This document shows positions 7,816 through 17,720 of a stretch of 64,000 nt of DNA, piece by piece. The translations under genes and the position numbers were made by a program. Within the stretch, counting starts at the first letter, position 1. Every line of letters starts with the position of its first letter. Where the stretch lies: NCBI GenBank assembly GCA_048538215.1, contig JBLYPV010000001.1:139495-203494 (forward strand). The letters run 5' to 3'. The notes under the pieces were generated by a model. The model was not told the DNA's origin. It saw only the letters and a program-made list of their open reading frames with translations, and made no database searches. The DNA is from Patescibacteria group bacterium (lineage in GTDB: Bacteria > Patescibacteriota > Minisyncoccia > Phycocordibacterales > GCA-2747955).

Positions 7816-9849
7816 GTGGAAAAACGCAACAAGGCATTTCAAATAGCAAGTGGATATAAACCAGCAGGAGATCAAGCTCAAGCAATTTCTGCTCTCGTAG
7901 AGGGAATTGAGAAGCGTTACAAGTACCAAACTCTTCACGGAGCAACAGGCACCGGGAAGACTTTTACTATGGCGAATATTATCCAAGAGCTACAGAAGCC
8001 CACGCTTATTATTGCCCATAATAAAACACTTGCAGCTCAATTAGCTCAGGAATTCTCGTCATATTTCCCAAACAATGCTGTGCACTATTTTGTATCCTAC
8101 TACGATTATTATCAGCCAGAGGCTTACGCGGTTACCACTGACACCTATATTGAAAAAGAAGCTACTATAAATAAAGAGATAGATATGCTCCGCCACGCAT
8201 CTACACAGTCATTATTGAGTAGAAATGACGTAATTATCGTGGCCTCGGTATCCTGTATTTATGGATTGGGATCACCTGACACATATGAGAAATATCATAT
8301 GCGAATTAGTAAGGGGGCAGATTTTAATAGAAGCGCAGTTCTTAAGCACTTGGTATCAATTCAATACACTCGTACCAACGCTGATTTAGAGCCCGGTACC
8401 TTTCGAGTCCTTGGTTCGGTAATAGAAATTATGACGGTAAATGCAGAATTAGTGTACCGTATTGAGAGTGCTGGAGGAGTAATTCATTCTATAGTATTAC
8501 TTGATCCAGTGACGCGTGAGCTTATGGAAGAAGTGGAGGATGTTTTTTTATTTCCTGCCAAACACTTTATTACAAGTCCTGATCGCTTAGAAAGCGCGAT
8601 TATAGAAATAGAAAAAGAGCTTGCAGAGCGTGTAGCCGAATTTGAATCAGAAAATAAAATCCTCGAAGCACAACGTCTGGAGCGACGCACTCGCCAAGAC
8701 TTGGCGATGCTTCGTGAGATAGGATTTTGCCAAGGTGTTGAAAATTATTCTCGTCATCTTTCAGGTAAAAAGGAGGGAGAGGCACCAGATACTCTACTCT
8801 CATATTTCCCAAAGGATGAGGAGGGCAATCCTGATTTCTTGTGCTTTATTGATGAATCTCATATGACTATTCCCCAAATATCAGGTATGTACCGAGCTGA
8901 CGCTAGCCGTAAGCAAAATCTTGTCGATCATGGCTTTCGCCTCCCTTCAGCACGGGATAATCGCCCACTGATGTTTGATGAATTTATTTCTCGTACAGAT
9001 TCGATGATAATGGTATCAGCTACCCCCGGTAAATTTGAGCTCGAAAATGAAGAAAAGCGGGTAGAACAAATCATTCGCCCAACGGGTCTTGTAGATCCAC
9101 TGTTGGATGTGCGTCGAGTAACACAAGAGGGAAGCTATCCTGGACAAGTGCATGATTTTGTTTCTGAGGCGAAAAAGGTTATACAAAAGGGTAATCGAGT
9201 ACTTGCTACTACGCTGACAAAAAAAATGGCAGAAGACCTTACCGATTATTTAAAAGACAGAGATATGCTTGCCGTATATTTGCATAGCGAAGTCGACACG
9301 CTAGATAGAATAAAAATTATAAGTGATTTTCGCAAGGGAATATACGATGTATTAGTAGGGGTAAACCTATTACGAGAGGGGCTTGATATGCCTGAAGTAG
9401 CTCTTATAGGTATTTTGGACGCTGACAAAGAAGGATTTCTACGAAGTGATACGGCACTTATTCAAACGATTGGCCGTGCTGCTCGAAATGAAGATGGACG
9501 AGTAATTCTATATGCTGATAGGGTGACTAATTCTATGAAACGAGCAATGGATGAAACCAATAGACGGCGAGAAAAACAACTTGCTTATAATAAGGCTCAC
9601 AATATTACTCCTAAAACAATTCATAAAAACATCCAAGACATTACCAGTGAAATTCAATCACAGCATAAGCAAACAGTGCAAAGGGCATTACAGGCCGAGA
9701 TTAAAGATTTCCATAAAAATCCAGAAACATTCATCAAAAAGAAACGAAAACAAATGGAAAAAGCCGTTTCCGAGCTCGATTTTGAAACGGCCGCTATTTT
9801 GCGTGATGAGATATATTATCTAGTAAAAAAATTGGATGATCTTAAATAA
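7816..9849 (+). CDS. uvrB: Excinuclease ABC subunit B (GTG start)
   Basis: The N-terminal 'FQIASGYKPAGDQAQAI' matches UvrB. A Walker A 'GATGTGKT' is present, and the C-terminal UVR domain 'ILRDEIYYL' is there. The ORF is 677 aa. Confidence 0.95.
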   Translation: MEKRNKAFQIASGYKPAGDQAQAISALVEGIEKRYKYQTLHGATGTGKTFTMANIIQELQKPTLIIAHNKTLAAQLAQEFSSYFPNNAVHYFVSYYDYYQPEAYAVTTDTYIEKEATINKEIDMLRHASTQSLLSRNDVIIVASVSCIYGLGSPDTYEKYHMRISKGADFNRSAVLKHLVSIQYTRTNADLEPGTFRVLGSVIEIMTVNAELVYRIESAGGVIHSIVLLDPVTRELMEEVEDVFLFPAKHFITSPDRLESAIIEIEKELAERVAEFESENKILEAQRLERRTRQDLAMLREIGFCQGVENYSRHLSGKKEGEAPDTLLSYFPKDEEGNPDFLCFIDESHMTIPQISGMYRADASRKQNLVDHGFRLPSARDNRPLMFDEFISRTDSMIMVSATPGKFELENEEKRVEQIIRPTGLVDPLLDVRRVTQEGSYPGQVHDFVSEAKKVIQKGNRVLATTLTKKMAEDLTDYLKDRDMLAVYLHSEVDTLDRIKIISDFRKGIYDVLVGVNLLREGLDMPEVALIGILDADKEGFLRSDTALIQTIGRAARNEDGRVILYADRVTNSMKRAMDETNRRREKQLAYNKAHNITPKTIHKNIQDITSEIQSQHKQTVQRALQAEIKDFHKNPETFIKKKRKQMEKAVSELDFETAAILRDEIYYLVKKLDDLK

Positions 9850-9886
9850 TTATTTAGTGTTATACATCTGAAAAAATAATAAAAAT

Positions 9887-9895
9887 TGTTATAAT
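9887..9895 (+). promoter_or_regulatory. Extended -10 element TGTTATAAT upstream of hpf
   Basis: It matches the TGnTATAAT consensus and lies ~40 nt upstream of the hpf start. Confidence 0.4.
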
Positions 9896-9930
9896 ATAGA
9901 TAGATTACTAGTAAATAATCATCCTAGCTT

Positions 9931-10296
9931 ATGCTACACAAACTCAAATTACATTTCAAAAATATGACGGAGAATCCAAATTTTGTGAAATATGCAAACA
10001 AACGATTTGCGCCACTTGAAGGTTTCTTTAAAAATCGTAAAGGAATTCGTTGGAATGTACGGATGAGCAAAGAGGGGCATCAAAAAAAGCGTGATGATTT
10101 ATATCATGTGGAAGCCCAGATTCGCTCGCCAAAAAAGAATTTTGGCGCAGAAGCAGACGGAGAAACACCATATGAAGCGATTGATAATGTTAAAAATCAA
10201 TTAACACAAAAAATTACAAGCCATAAAGAAAAGAAGATTACTCGTTTTCGTAAGGGAGCCCGCTATGCAAAAAATATGCTTCGTGGTGAAAAGTAA
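9931..10296 (+). CDS. hpf: Ribosome hibernation promoting factor / RaiA (YfiA) family
   Basis: 'PYEAIDNVKNQLTQKI..HKEKK' matches the conserved C-terminal helix of the HPF/YfiA family. The length of ~120 aa fits. Confidence 0.7.
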   Translation: MLHKLKLHFKNMTENPNFVKYANKRFAPLEGFFKNRKGIRWNVRMSKEGHQKKRDDLYHVEAQIRSPKKNFGAEADGETPYEAIDNVKNQLTQKITSHKEKKITRFRKGARYAKNMLRGEK

Positions 10297-10307
10297 ATAT
10301 AAGAAAT

Positions 10308-10778
10308 ATGAAACGAATAATAAGTATCCTGGCGCTTATAATAATTGCTGTAGTGATATGGTATCTATATACCAATAGTGATTTATTTATACGAGAGAAT
10401 GCTACTAATAACTCTAACAATACTATGACAGAAGATTATATTACCACCAATTCTGGACTGAAATATAAAATTATCAATGAGACAGCTCAAGGAGCACGAC
10501 CAAGTGGCCCTACATCGCAAGTCGAAGTACATTATGAAGGACGTCTTACAGACGGCACCATTTTTGATTCTTCACGGGCACGAGGGGAGGCAATTACTTT
10601 TGGACTCAATCAGGTGATTGCTGGCTGGAGTGAAGGAGTACAATTGATGAGTGAGGGAGATACTTATGAATTCTATATCCCAGCAAATTTGGGGTACGGT
10701 GCTAAGGGAGTGCCTGGAGTCATCCCACCAAATGCAGATCTCATTTTTGAGGTAGAATTGATCAAGGTACTCAATTAA
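10308..10778 (+). CDS. FKBP-type peptidyl-prolyl cis-trans isomerase, membrane-anchored
   Basis: 'VEVHYEGRLTDGTIFDSS' and 'FGLNQVIAGWSEG...YIPANLGYG...LIFEVELIKV' are classic FKBP motifs. An N-terminal TM segment is present. Confidence 0.85.
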   Translation: MKRIISILALIIIAVVIWYLYTNSDLFIRENATNNSNNTMTEDYITTNSGLKYKIINETAQGARPSGPTSQVEVHYEGRLTDGTIFDSSRARGEAITFGLNQVIAGWSEGVQLMSEGDTYEFYIPANLGYGAKGVPGVIPPNADLIFEVELIKVLN

Positions 10779-10784
10779 ACTACT

Positions 10785-11510
10785 ATGACCAAAAAGGGCA
10801 GGGGAGCGAAAGACGGTAAAAGTTTTTGGGATGCTGAATATACAGATGCGCAACACTTAGCACTTTCTGATGAGCCAAGTAGTGATCTCCTGGCTTTTAT
10901 GAGGTGGTCTGATCGTCAAAAAAATGAAATAGATAGGGTGGTAGATAAGCCACGAGTACTAGATATTGGTTGTGGAAATGGGAGGAATGTTATTTTTTTA
11001 CAAAACGTAGCGCAAGCACAGTGCTATGGTTTTGATATATCAGATAGTGCCATAGAGCAAGTACGAGCCAAGAGTAGCTCTCCTGATCGTTTCATCGTAC
11101 ATTCCATCAAGGAAATCCCATATCCTTATGAAAATGAAGCTTTCGATCTTGTACTTGATATGATGTCGAGTCATATCCTTAACAGCAAAGAGCGTAAAGC
11201 TATGAGAGATGAGATCGATAGACTACTTGTGCCAGGTGGATGGATATTTTATAAAACATTTTTGCTTGATGGTGATAGAAATGCTAGAGAAATGATATCA
11301 AAGTATCCAGGCGATGAAGAATATAGCTATGTGCATCCGCGTATAGGTCATTTGGAGTATGTCTTACCCCAAGATGAGATAATTCGTGAAATAGAAGAGC
11401 AGGGATGGGAAATACATAAAATTAGCAAATCTCATAAACATATCAAAAATGGCAAAGTGGGGAAGAGGCGTAATGTTGTACTATATCTTCGCAAGCCACT
11501 TGGGTGGTAG
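10785..11510 (+). CDS. Class I SAM-dependent methyltransferase
   Basis: Motif I 'VLDIGCGNGRN' is present, with a downstream acidic residue and motif II. Confidence 0.7.
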   Translation: MTKKGRGAKDGKSFWDAEYTDAQHLALSDEPSSDLLAFMRWSDRQKNEIDRVVDKPRVLDIGCGNGRNVIFLQNVAQAQCYGFDISDSAIEQVRAKSSSPDRFIVHSIKEIPYPYENEAFDLVLDMMSSHILNSKERKAMRDEIDRLLVPGGWIFYKTFLLDGDRNAREMISKYPGDEEYSYVHPRIGHLEYVLPQDEIIREIEEQGWEIHKISKSHKHIKNGKVGKRRNVVLYLRKPLGW

Positions 11511-11531
11511 TTTGAGATATATAAATCAACC

Positions 11532-12365
11532 CTAGTCGTATTCAAATGCGGTATATGCTTGCGTTTGTTTGCCTTCTGGTGTCACTTTTGTAATCCTAAA
11601 GCCATCCTCTTTTGTATAATGTGCTTCACTGACGACATAACGCTTTCCTTCATACATCACAAATGGTTTGGGGAAAGCGCAATAATGGCGATATTTATCA
11701 TATTCATCCATATTGGAAAAAATTTGCATATCAGACTTAGTATACTTAGTAGTGTAGGTAGCAGTGGGCGCTTGCTGTGCTTGAGGAGATATTTTACCGG
11801 CAAGATATCGTGGTACAACTTGGGTGAATAGGTCGGCAGCTTTCGAGGCAGCCTCTTGCTCTAGCTTGTCGTATTTCTGCCATTCGTCTATTTGCCAATC
11901 TAATTGCCCAATAATATCGCCCGCGTCCATTTCCTCCGACATTTCAATGATACTAATACCAGTAGCTTTAGTATCATCGAGAATTGCTTTAGTAATGGGG
12001 GAGGCTCCACGATACTGAGGTAGGAGCGAAGGGTGTATATTGATAAAATGCGTACGCGGAAGATCAAGAAGCTCCCCTCGTATCTTATTTCCATAAGCAA
12101 AGACACAGACAAAATCGTCTTGAGTAAAAAAATGAGAGTATGGATCAAGCGTATCAGATTGAATTACCTCGAGCCCTTGGCTAATTGCATATATGTATAC
12201 TGGCGAAGGAGTTAGTATTTGTTTACGTCCTACTGGGCGAGGAAGTGATGTAAAGATTCGTGTAGGTTGGATATGGTACTCTTTTTTTAGACTATCCAAA
12301 AAATATATTGCTATGTTTGAATTCCCAATAAAGCTCCAATTAGCTTTTTCTAATATATTTTTCAT
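11532..12365 (-). CDS. fmt: Methionyl-tRNA formyltransferase (start taken at the internal Met 'MKNILEK')
   Basis: 'NIHPSLLPQYRGASPI' is the formyltransferase active-site motif. The gene lies directly downstream of def, giving the classic def-fmt pair. Confidence 0.85.
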   Translation of the reverse strand: MKNILEKANWSFIGNSNIAIYFLDSLKKEYHIQPTRIFTSLPRPVGRKQILTPSPVYIYAISQGLEVIQSDTLDPYSHFFTQDDFVCVFAYGNKIRGELLDLPRTHFINIHPSLLPQYRGASPITKAILDDTKATGISIIEMSEEMDAGDIIGQLDWQIDEWQKYDKLEQEAASKAADLFTQVVPRYLAGKISPQAQQAPTATYTTKYTKSDMQIFSNMDEYDKYRHYCAFPKPFVMYEGKRYVVSEAHYTKEDGFRITKVTPEGKQTQAYTAFEYD

Positions 12366-12366
12366 A

Positions 12367-12909
12367 TTACAAATTTTCCTTTTGATAGCGGGACCGGGCT
12401 TGTTCAAATTCTTTCCGTTCTTGTGCGTTTAGCACTTCGATTTCGTGAGCTTTATCGATAAAAAGTATTCCATCTAAATGATCGATCTCGTGTTGAAATA
12501 TTTGAGCCAATAAGCCACTTGCTCCTCGCTCATGCCACACGGCATTTTGATCTTGGTATCGAATGGTTACCTGAGTATGTCGTTTCACCTTACCATATTT
12601 GTAGCGCACAGAAAGACAACCTTCCTCTAAAAGCTCCGTACTTTTTGATTTACGGACGATACTTGGATTGATGCAGACCATTGCTTCAGTAGCTTCTTCT
12701 CCGAATACACGAGGGCTTACAATAAATATACGCCGTGATATACCAATCTGTGGGGCAGCAAGAGCGACCCCATCATATTCTTGAGCAAGTATGTTCTTCA
12801 TAAGGGCAATTTCTTGACCTAAAGTCGCCCCCCCAATTAGTTCTGGGGCCACCTCACGAGCCTTTGTGCGCAATATAGCTGATCCTTCTTGTACAATCTC
12901 GATATCCAT
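12367..12909 (-). CDS. def: Peptide deformylase
   Basis: All three PDF motifs are present: 'GVALAAPQIG', 'EGCLSV' and 'QHEIDHLDG'. Confidence 0.9.
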   Translation of the reverse strand: MDIEIVQEGSAILRTKAREVAPELIGGATLGQEIALMKNILAQEYDGVALAAPQIGISRRIFIVSPRVFGEEATEAMVCINPSIVRKSKSTELLEEGCLSVRYKYGKVKRHTQVTIRYQDQNAVWHERGASGLLAQIFQHEIDHLDGILFIDKAHEIEVLNAQERKEFEQARSRYQKENL

Positions 12910-12934
12910 ATACTAATTGCTAGTATATCACGAA

Positions 12935-13624
12935 CTATTTTTCTTTGTCTTGCCTTAAATATTGTCCAATTTTCCACCAAAATAGCTTTTTCTTTTGCAA
13001 ACGGGATTTATTTGGTGCCTGCTTTGCCTCGCCAAAGATTTGATAAAGAGTATGCATTGGTATTTTTTTGCACATTCCAAGGTAGTAAGAAAAAGATCCT
13101 ATACCGTGTCGAGATGTTTCGCCAAAATAATTACGTGCATCATCTACAAAAAGCTGGAGAGGAGTATGATGTAAAGCTGATTGATTGGCATACCTATCAA
13201 TTGATAATGATTGCAGACTACCATCCTTGGTGGCGCGTGTTTGTTTAGTTTTTGTTTGTTTACTTTTTCGTCGAGGGAAAAGCTCTCGTAAAATTTTATC
13301 AGTCGTTGTAGATAGAGCATCAGCATTGTTGAAATAGCGCTTTATGTCAGCAATGGGATAATGGGCTATCACCACGCCTCCTGCGCGATCTCCTGTTTTA
13401 GATAGCTTAAGCGCAGAAATTTCAAAAGACCCATCTCTAATAGCTTGCTTATATTTGACTGCACTTTCTATTTTAAGAATGACTGCAAGATTTTTTTTGT
13501 TACCGTCTATCACTTCAATAACATCACCAGCTTGATACTCTTTCCTTGTGTAGTAGCTTTGTTTGCGTCTATGTCTGTCAGTCTCTTGCAAACTTCGCTT
13601 AGTAGCGATAGTGATTATATGCAT
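12935..13624 (-). CDS. Hypothetical basic protein
   Basis: A long ORF upstream of def-fmt on the same strand. No recognised motif. Confidence 0.45.
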   Translation of the reverse strand: MHIITIATKRSLQETDRHRRKQSYYTRKEYQAGDVIEVIDGNKKNLAVILKIESAVKYKQAIRDGSFEISALKLSKTGDRAGGVVIAHYPIADIKRYFNNADALSTTTDKILRELFPRRKSKQTKTKQTRATKDGSLQSLSIDRYANQSALHHTPLQLFVDDARNYFGETSRHGIGSFSYYLGMCKKIPMHTLYQIFGEAKQAPNKSRLQKKKLFWWKIGQYLRQDKEK

Positions 13625-13664
13625 ACGGTTTTTTTTCTTTATAGCTATAGTATAATACTAAGAT

Positions 13665-14414
13665 ATGGAAACAAAACACAATAAATTAATTATAGCATCC
13701 CTCGCGCTTGCTACTACAGCATTACTAGTTTCTTTATTAGGTGGTAAAGATATTACATTAAATCCAAACGTACAAGAACACACCATCACCGTACAAGGTG
13801 AGAGCGATCGTTTGGTAGTCCCTGATACCGCAAAAGTATCACTCACTATGACTCGAAAGAGTGCTAATCTTTCCCAGGGGACTGATTCGGTAAACAAACG
13901 TATAGGGGAGATGATAGACGCTCTCTCTGAATATAGTGTAGACAAAAAAGATATTAAAACCACTACTTATAGCGTACAGCCAGAATACAATTATATGCGT
14001 GAGTCCGGAGAGCGAGTATTTGATGGCTACCGAGTGCGACAAACAGTCGAGCTTACTATTCGAGACCTGGATAAGGTAGCCCCAATTCTTACAAAAATTT
14101 CTAGTTTTGAGGTGGATAATGTTTCTGGCCTTTCATTTTTTGTAGATGAGGATGAGAAAATCAAAAATGAACTACGAGAGGAGGCGATTGCCGATGCTAA
14201 GGAAAAGGCAAAAATTCTTGCCCGTAATCTTGGAGTCTCCCTTGATAGTATCGTGAGCTTTAATGAAGGTGGGGGATCAATGCCACCATATCCAATATAC
14301 GAGGAGCGAATGTATCTAGAGGCCAGGGACTCCAGTGTGTCAAATGCAGTAGTCCCCACAGGTGAAAATGAATATACTTCACAGGTATCAATTACCTATC
14401 TTATTGAAAACTAG
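13665..14414 (+). CDS. SIMPL/DUF541 (YggE-like) secreted protein
   Basis: A signal peptide is present. 'ITVQGESDRLVVPDTAKV...' and the overall pattern fit the 26-kDa periplasmic immunogenic protein family. Confidence 0.65.
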   Translation: METKHNKLIIASLALATTALLVSLLGGKDITLNPNVQEHTITVQGESDRLVVPDTAKVSLTMTRKSANLSQGTDSVNKRIGEMIDALSEYSVDKKDIKTTTYSVQPEYNYMRESGERVFDGYRVRQTVELTIRDLDKVAPILTKISSFEVDNVSGLSFFVDEDEKIKNELREEAIADAKEKAKILARNLGVSLDSIVSFNEGGGSMPPYPIYEERMYLEARDSSVSNAVVPTGENEYTSQVSITYLIEN

Positions 14415-14473
14415 TATTGCGAAATCTGATAGCTCACGGTATAGTAGCTATATAGCAGTATAAGCAAATTTCT

Positions 14474-14734
14474 ATGGCTGAACGAGATCAAGAATTCTTG
14501 GAGTACTTAGTAAAATCTATCGTGGATAATCCCGACGATATACGAATCGAGCGACAAGTAGATGAGCTTGGGGTACTTCTTACACTGAGTGTGCATCCTG
14601 ATGATATGTCACAAATTATTGGGAAAATGGGTCGTACAGCGAGCGCAATTCGTACTCTTCTACGAATCGTAGGGATGAAGCATGAATCGCGAGTTAATCT
14701 AAAAATAAGCGAGCCTGAGGAAAGGGTAGGATAA
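14474..14734 (+). CDS. KH-domain RNA-binding protein (YlqC/UPF0109-like)
   Basis: 'IIGKMGRTASAIRTLLR' contains the GxxG KH loop. The length is ~85 aa, and in other genomes this gene sits in the rpsP-ylqC-rimM-trmD neighbourhood. Confidence 0.75.
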   Translation: MAERDQEFLEYLVKSIVDNPDDIRIERQVDELGVLLTLSVHPDDMSQIIGKMGRTASAIRTLLRIVGMKHESRVNLKISEPEERVG

Positions 14735-14740
14735 ACGCTT

Positions 14741-15115
14741 ATGTCTATTACGCACAATAGCAAAGAAAGCTTGGAGCTCTCACTTACTCCGGCTTTTTTT
14801 GCTGCCGGTTGTTGTGCTACTCTTCCAATAATGGTTGTTTTTGGTTTATCATTAGCTGAAGAATCACTTATTTGGTATCAATGGTATTTCAGAATTGGTG
14901 GAGTATTCATTCTACTAGGATCACTCATTTGGTATTTTTATAAATCAGGAATCAAAAGCTATGTCGATTTTCAAAATAATAAAATGATGATACTCCTCAT
15001 TAGTCTGCATACTATCCTTTATTGTGGGCTTTTGTATTTATTCTTTATAAAGATAATTACACCTATGCTATGGTATTATCTTGTAGGCGAAATACATAAT
15101 TGTTGTAACATTTAA
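14741..15115 (+). CDS. Hypothetical membrane protein
   Basis: Hydrophobic segments are present. It occupies the position where rimM is usually found. Confidence 0.4.
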   Translation: MSITHNSKESLELSLTPAFFAAGCCATLPIMVVFGLSLAEESLIWYQWYFRIGGVFILLGSLIWYFYKSGIKSYVDFQNNKMMILLISLHTILYCGLLYLFFIKIITPMLWYYLVGEIHNCCNI

Positions 15116-15118
15116 TCT

Positions 15119-15796
15119 ATGATTACCTTCCATATAATTACTTTGTTTCCTGATTCTATTTCTTGTTATATCCAACATTCAATCATCAAGCGAGCTATTC
15201 AAGATAAAACAATATCAATTTTATTTTATAACCCGATGGATTATACAACACCAAGAAGTAAGGGGGCTCTGGCACAACGAGTGGATGACAAACCATACGG
15301 AGGCGGTCCAGGAATGGTAATTCGTGCCGAGCCTATTATAAAAGCTGTCCAGGATGCTATCGGGCGTAAGCGAAATGTAGAATATATCCACTTTGCTCCG
15401 CGTGCCCATCCATATTCCAACAAGGATGCACAAGAAATAGTAGATAATGCAAAATCACCCAAAGGGGCAATACGAGACATTGTCATATTTTGTGGCAGGT
15501 ATGAAGGAATTGATAGTCGTATTGAAGAAATATACCCAGGAAGGAAAATTTCCATTGGAGAGTATGTGCTGACTGGAGGCGAATTACCAGCTATGATTGT
15601 TATTGATTCTGTAACAAGGAGGATACCAGGAGTATTAGGTGACCAAGAATCAATAGAAGAACAGAGAATTGCCCCAGAAGCTTACTATACTCGGCCACAA
15701 CGTTTACATCATCGAGGAAAAAATTATGATGTACCACAAGTATTAGTGGAAGGAAATCATGCAGAAATTGAAAAATGGCGCAAAAATAAGAAGTAA
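15119..15796 (+). CDS. trmD: tRNA (guanine37-N1)-methyltransferase
   Basis: 'ITLFPD' and 'DDKPYGGGPGMV' are TrmD SPOUT motifs. Confidence 0.9.
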   Translation: MITFHIITLFPDSISCYIQHSIIKRAIQDKTISILFYNPMDYTTPRSKGALAQRVDDKPYGGGPGMVIRAEPIIKAVQDAIGRKRNVEYIHFAPRAHPYSNKDAQEIVDNAKSPKGAIRDIVIFCGRYEGIDSRIEEIYPGRKISIGEYVLTGGELPAMIVIDSVTRRIPGVLGDQESIEEQRIAPEAYYTRPQRLHHRGKNYDVPQVLVEGNHAEIEKWRKNKK

Positions 15797-15977
15797 TAGG
15801 GGAGAGGGGAGATTAGTCATCAACAATATACTTTTTACTATTTGCATATAATTGTTATTATATAAGTATGAACTCACGATCAAATAGCAATTTTCTCAAA
15901 GTACTTATCCAGCTTTTTGCATGGATACTAGTGCTTTCTGCTTTCGGGGTTACGATAGGGGATATTGTTAGCTTTAA

Positions 15978-16409
15978 TTGGCTTGGTACTGTAGCGGAGA
16001 TGCTCATAAAATTCTTTACTATATAAAAATATATTATATGAGTCTACATATTTCATCAAAGCTGAGAGAAGAGCTTACCAACACCCCTCTCTGTGCACAC
16101 AGAAAGGATAAGGGTATGATCAAGATGATCATCCTAATTATTATTGCGATTATTATCGTATCGGTCTTGGGATTTGATATTCGATCTGCAATTGAACATC
16201 CTCAAACACAAGAAAATTTTTCTTATCTTGCTCAATTTGCAATCAATTTCTGGAATAATTATTTAGCCAATATTTGGGCAGTGATATGGAATGTGATTGG
16301 GCCCATACTTACTTGGTTTTGGGATCAGCTTGCACATTTCAGCTGGCAGGGCTTTAGTGCTGACACCTCTCATTTCTTAGATCAAGCTCCTAGAATATCA
16401 AACAATTAG
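15978..16409 (+). CDS. Small hydrophobic hypothetical protein (likely starts at the internal 'MIKMIILII')
   Basis: It has a single TM helix. It is preceded by another unlisted 52-aa hydrophobic ORF at 15868-16026. Weak. Confidence 0.3.
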   Translation: MAWYCSGDAHKILYYIKIYYMSLHISSKLREELTNTPLCAHRKDKGMIKMIILIIIAIIIVSVLGFDIRSAIEHPQTQENFSYLAQFAINFWNNYLANIWAVIWNVIGPILTWFWDQLAHFSWQGFSADTSHFLDQAPRISNN

Positions 16410-16807
16410 ACAATTAGATCTGGCTGTTTGTCGCAGAATATACAAAGGTAGGGAATAGGAGGAGAGGGCAGGTAAGCATACTATCTAAGCCTTTACTCAG
16501 AGTTTCACAACAGTTTATACCTGTTTCATACGAGTTTCATAAGCTCCATATACCTCTGGAGTATCTAGAGTAGATAACTAGAAAATAAAAAAGTACAGTT
16601 AAAATGAAATTTCTAAATAAATTAGAATAGATTGATTTTCAAATGATAAAAGAATAAATCGGTATTACTACTATATTATAGTTATTATGATCAATGGCCT
16701 TTACTTTTAAATCATCGAATATCAGCCCCTGATTATAATATAAAGGACAGAGCTTTATGACCTTAAGTAAGGGGCAACACTTTCAATAGCAGTCAGGGGA
16801 GTAGAAA

Positions 16808-16860
16808 AATAGATATTATGTCGCAAAATGTATATTGTGCGACAGATGAGAATATCTATT
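16808..16860. promoter_or_regulatory. Nested palindrome: outer AATAGATATT/AATATCTATT, inner TGTCGCA/TGCGACA
   Basis: Perfect reverse-complement arms lie inside a 500-bp ORF-free region. Confidence 0.35.
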
Positions 16861-16905
16861 GATACCACTCCCTACCCACAAACCCACATAAACAAAGAAA
16901 GCTTT

Positions 16906-17274
16906 TTATTTATCCTTTTGAGCTATTTTAAGTATTACCCCTCCCGCTAGTAGTATTAATCCAGTAATAACAATATCCCAATCACCGTGTCCAAATGATT
17001 CAGCCAAAATATGTACAAAGCCAAACACAAGAAGAATGCCTCCCACAGCCAGCAAGGTATATATAAGTAGTGCTCTACGAACATCTCGTTCTACCTCCCC
17101 TACTCTCTTGTTTATAAATGCACTAGCAATGCGTGCTCCCTTGAGTAATATTCCAGTTTTTATCAATAAATTTACAATAGTAGTAAATGCATCTGTTTTA
17201 GCAGTTTGTACTTTATCATCCTTATGTACATCCTTATAATCTTTATCTTTTTGTAGTTTCTTAGTGTTAGTCAT
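16906..17274 (-). CDS. Hypothetical membrane protein (holin-like topology)
   Basis: A charged N-terminus is followed by two TM helices. It is an isolated gene. Confidence 0.45.
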   Translation of the reverse strand: MTNTKKLQKDKDYKDVHKDDKVQTAKTDAFTTIVNLLIKTGILLKGARIASAFINKRVGEVERDVRRALLIYTLLAVGGILLVFGFVHILAESFGHGDWDIVITGLILLAGGVILKIAQKDK

Positions 17275-17303
17275 AGTAGTACAAATTGTAACATACCACC
17301 CAA

Positions 17304-17328
17304 CACTTAGGGACCCGGTCCCTAAGTG
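17304..17328. repeat. GC-rich perfect palindrome: cacttagggacc-C-ggtccctaagtg
   Basis: The arms are 12 bp and perfect, with a central CCCGG. It lies in the divergent intergenic region between the membrane-protein gene and rpmA. Confidence 0.45.
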
Positions 17329-17385
17329 GGTGCTTGCAGTGTAAGGAAAAACTGTTACAATACCTTCACTTAATCGAACAAAAGT

Positions 17386-17664
17386 ATGGCAAAAAAGAAA
17401 GCAGGAGGATCAGCTAAAAGTTTGCGTGATTCAAACCCACAATATCTAGGCGTCAAGCTTGGAGATGGCACTACGGCAAAAACTGGACAAGTTATTGTAC
17501 GCCAGCGAGGTACTAAAATTATGGCTGGTGCCAATGTAGGTGTTGGTAAAGATGATACGCTATTTGCACTCAAAGACGGAGTGGTACATTTTGGCTCAAA
17601 GCGAAAGCTTAATTTTGATAATAGTGTCACTCGCCGTAAGGAGGCACGAATTGATACTGCTTAG
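17386..17664 (+). CDS. rpmA: 50S ribosomal protein L27 (with a C-terminal extension)
   Basis: 'LGVKLGDG...[34 protein letters not shown]' matches L27. Confidence 0.85.
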   Translation: MAKKKAGGSAKSLRDSNPQYLGVKLGDGTTAKTGQVIVRQRGTKIMAGANVGVGKDDTLFALKDGVVHFGSKRKLNFDNSVTRRKEARIDTA

Positions 17665-17682
17665 TATTATCCTATATAAATT

Positions 17683-17720
17683 AAACAACAAATCCCACCT
17701 AAGGTGGGATTTGTTGTTTT
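17683..17720. terminator. Bidirectional intrinsic terminator between rpmA and rplI
   Basis: The stem 'aaacaacaaatcccacc / ggtgggatttgttgtttt' has flanking A and T tracts. Confidence 0.7.

Noticed and set aside
16410-16905. tmRNA or SRP RNA in the large ORF-free gap
   Set aside because: No tRNA-like T-arm/acceptor with a CCA end and no GGTTCGAATCC-type motif was found. There is no 'GAAGCAGCC' SRP domain IV motif either. It is left as an unexplained region rather than called.
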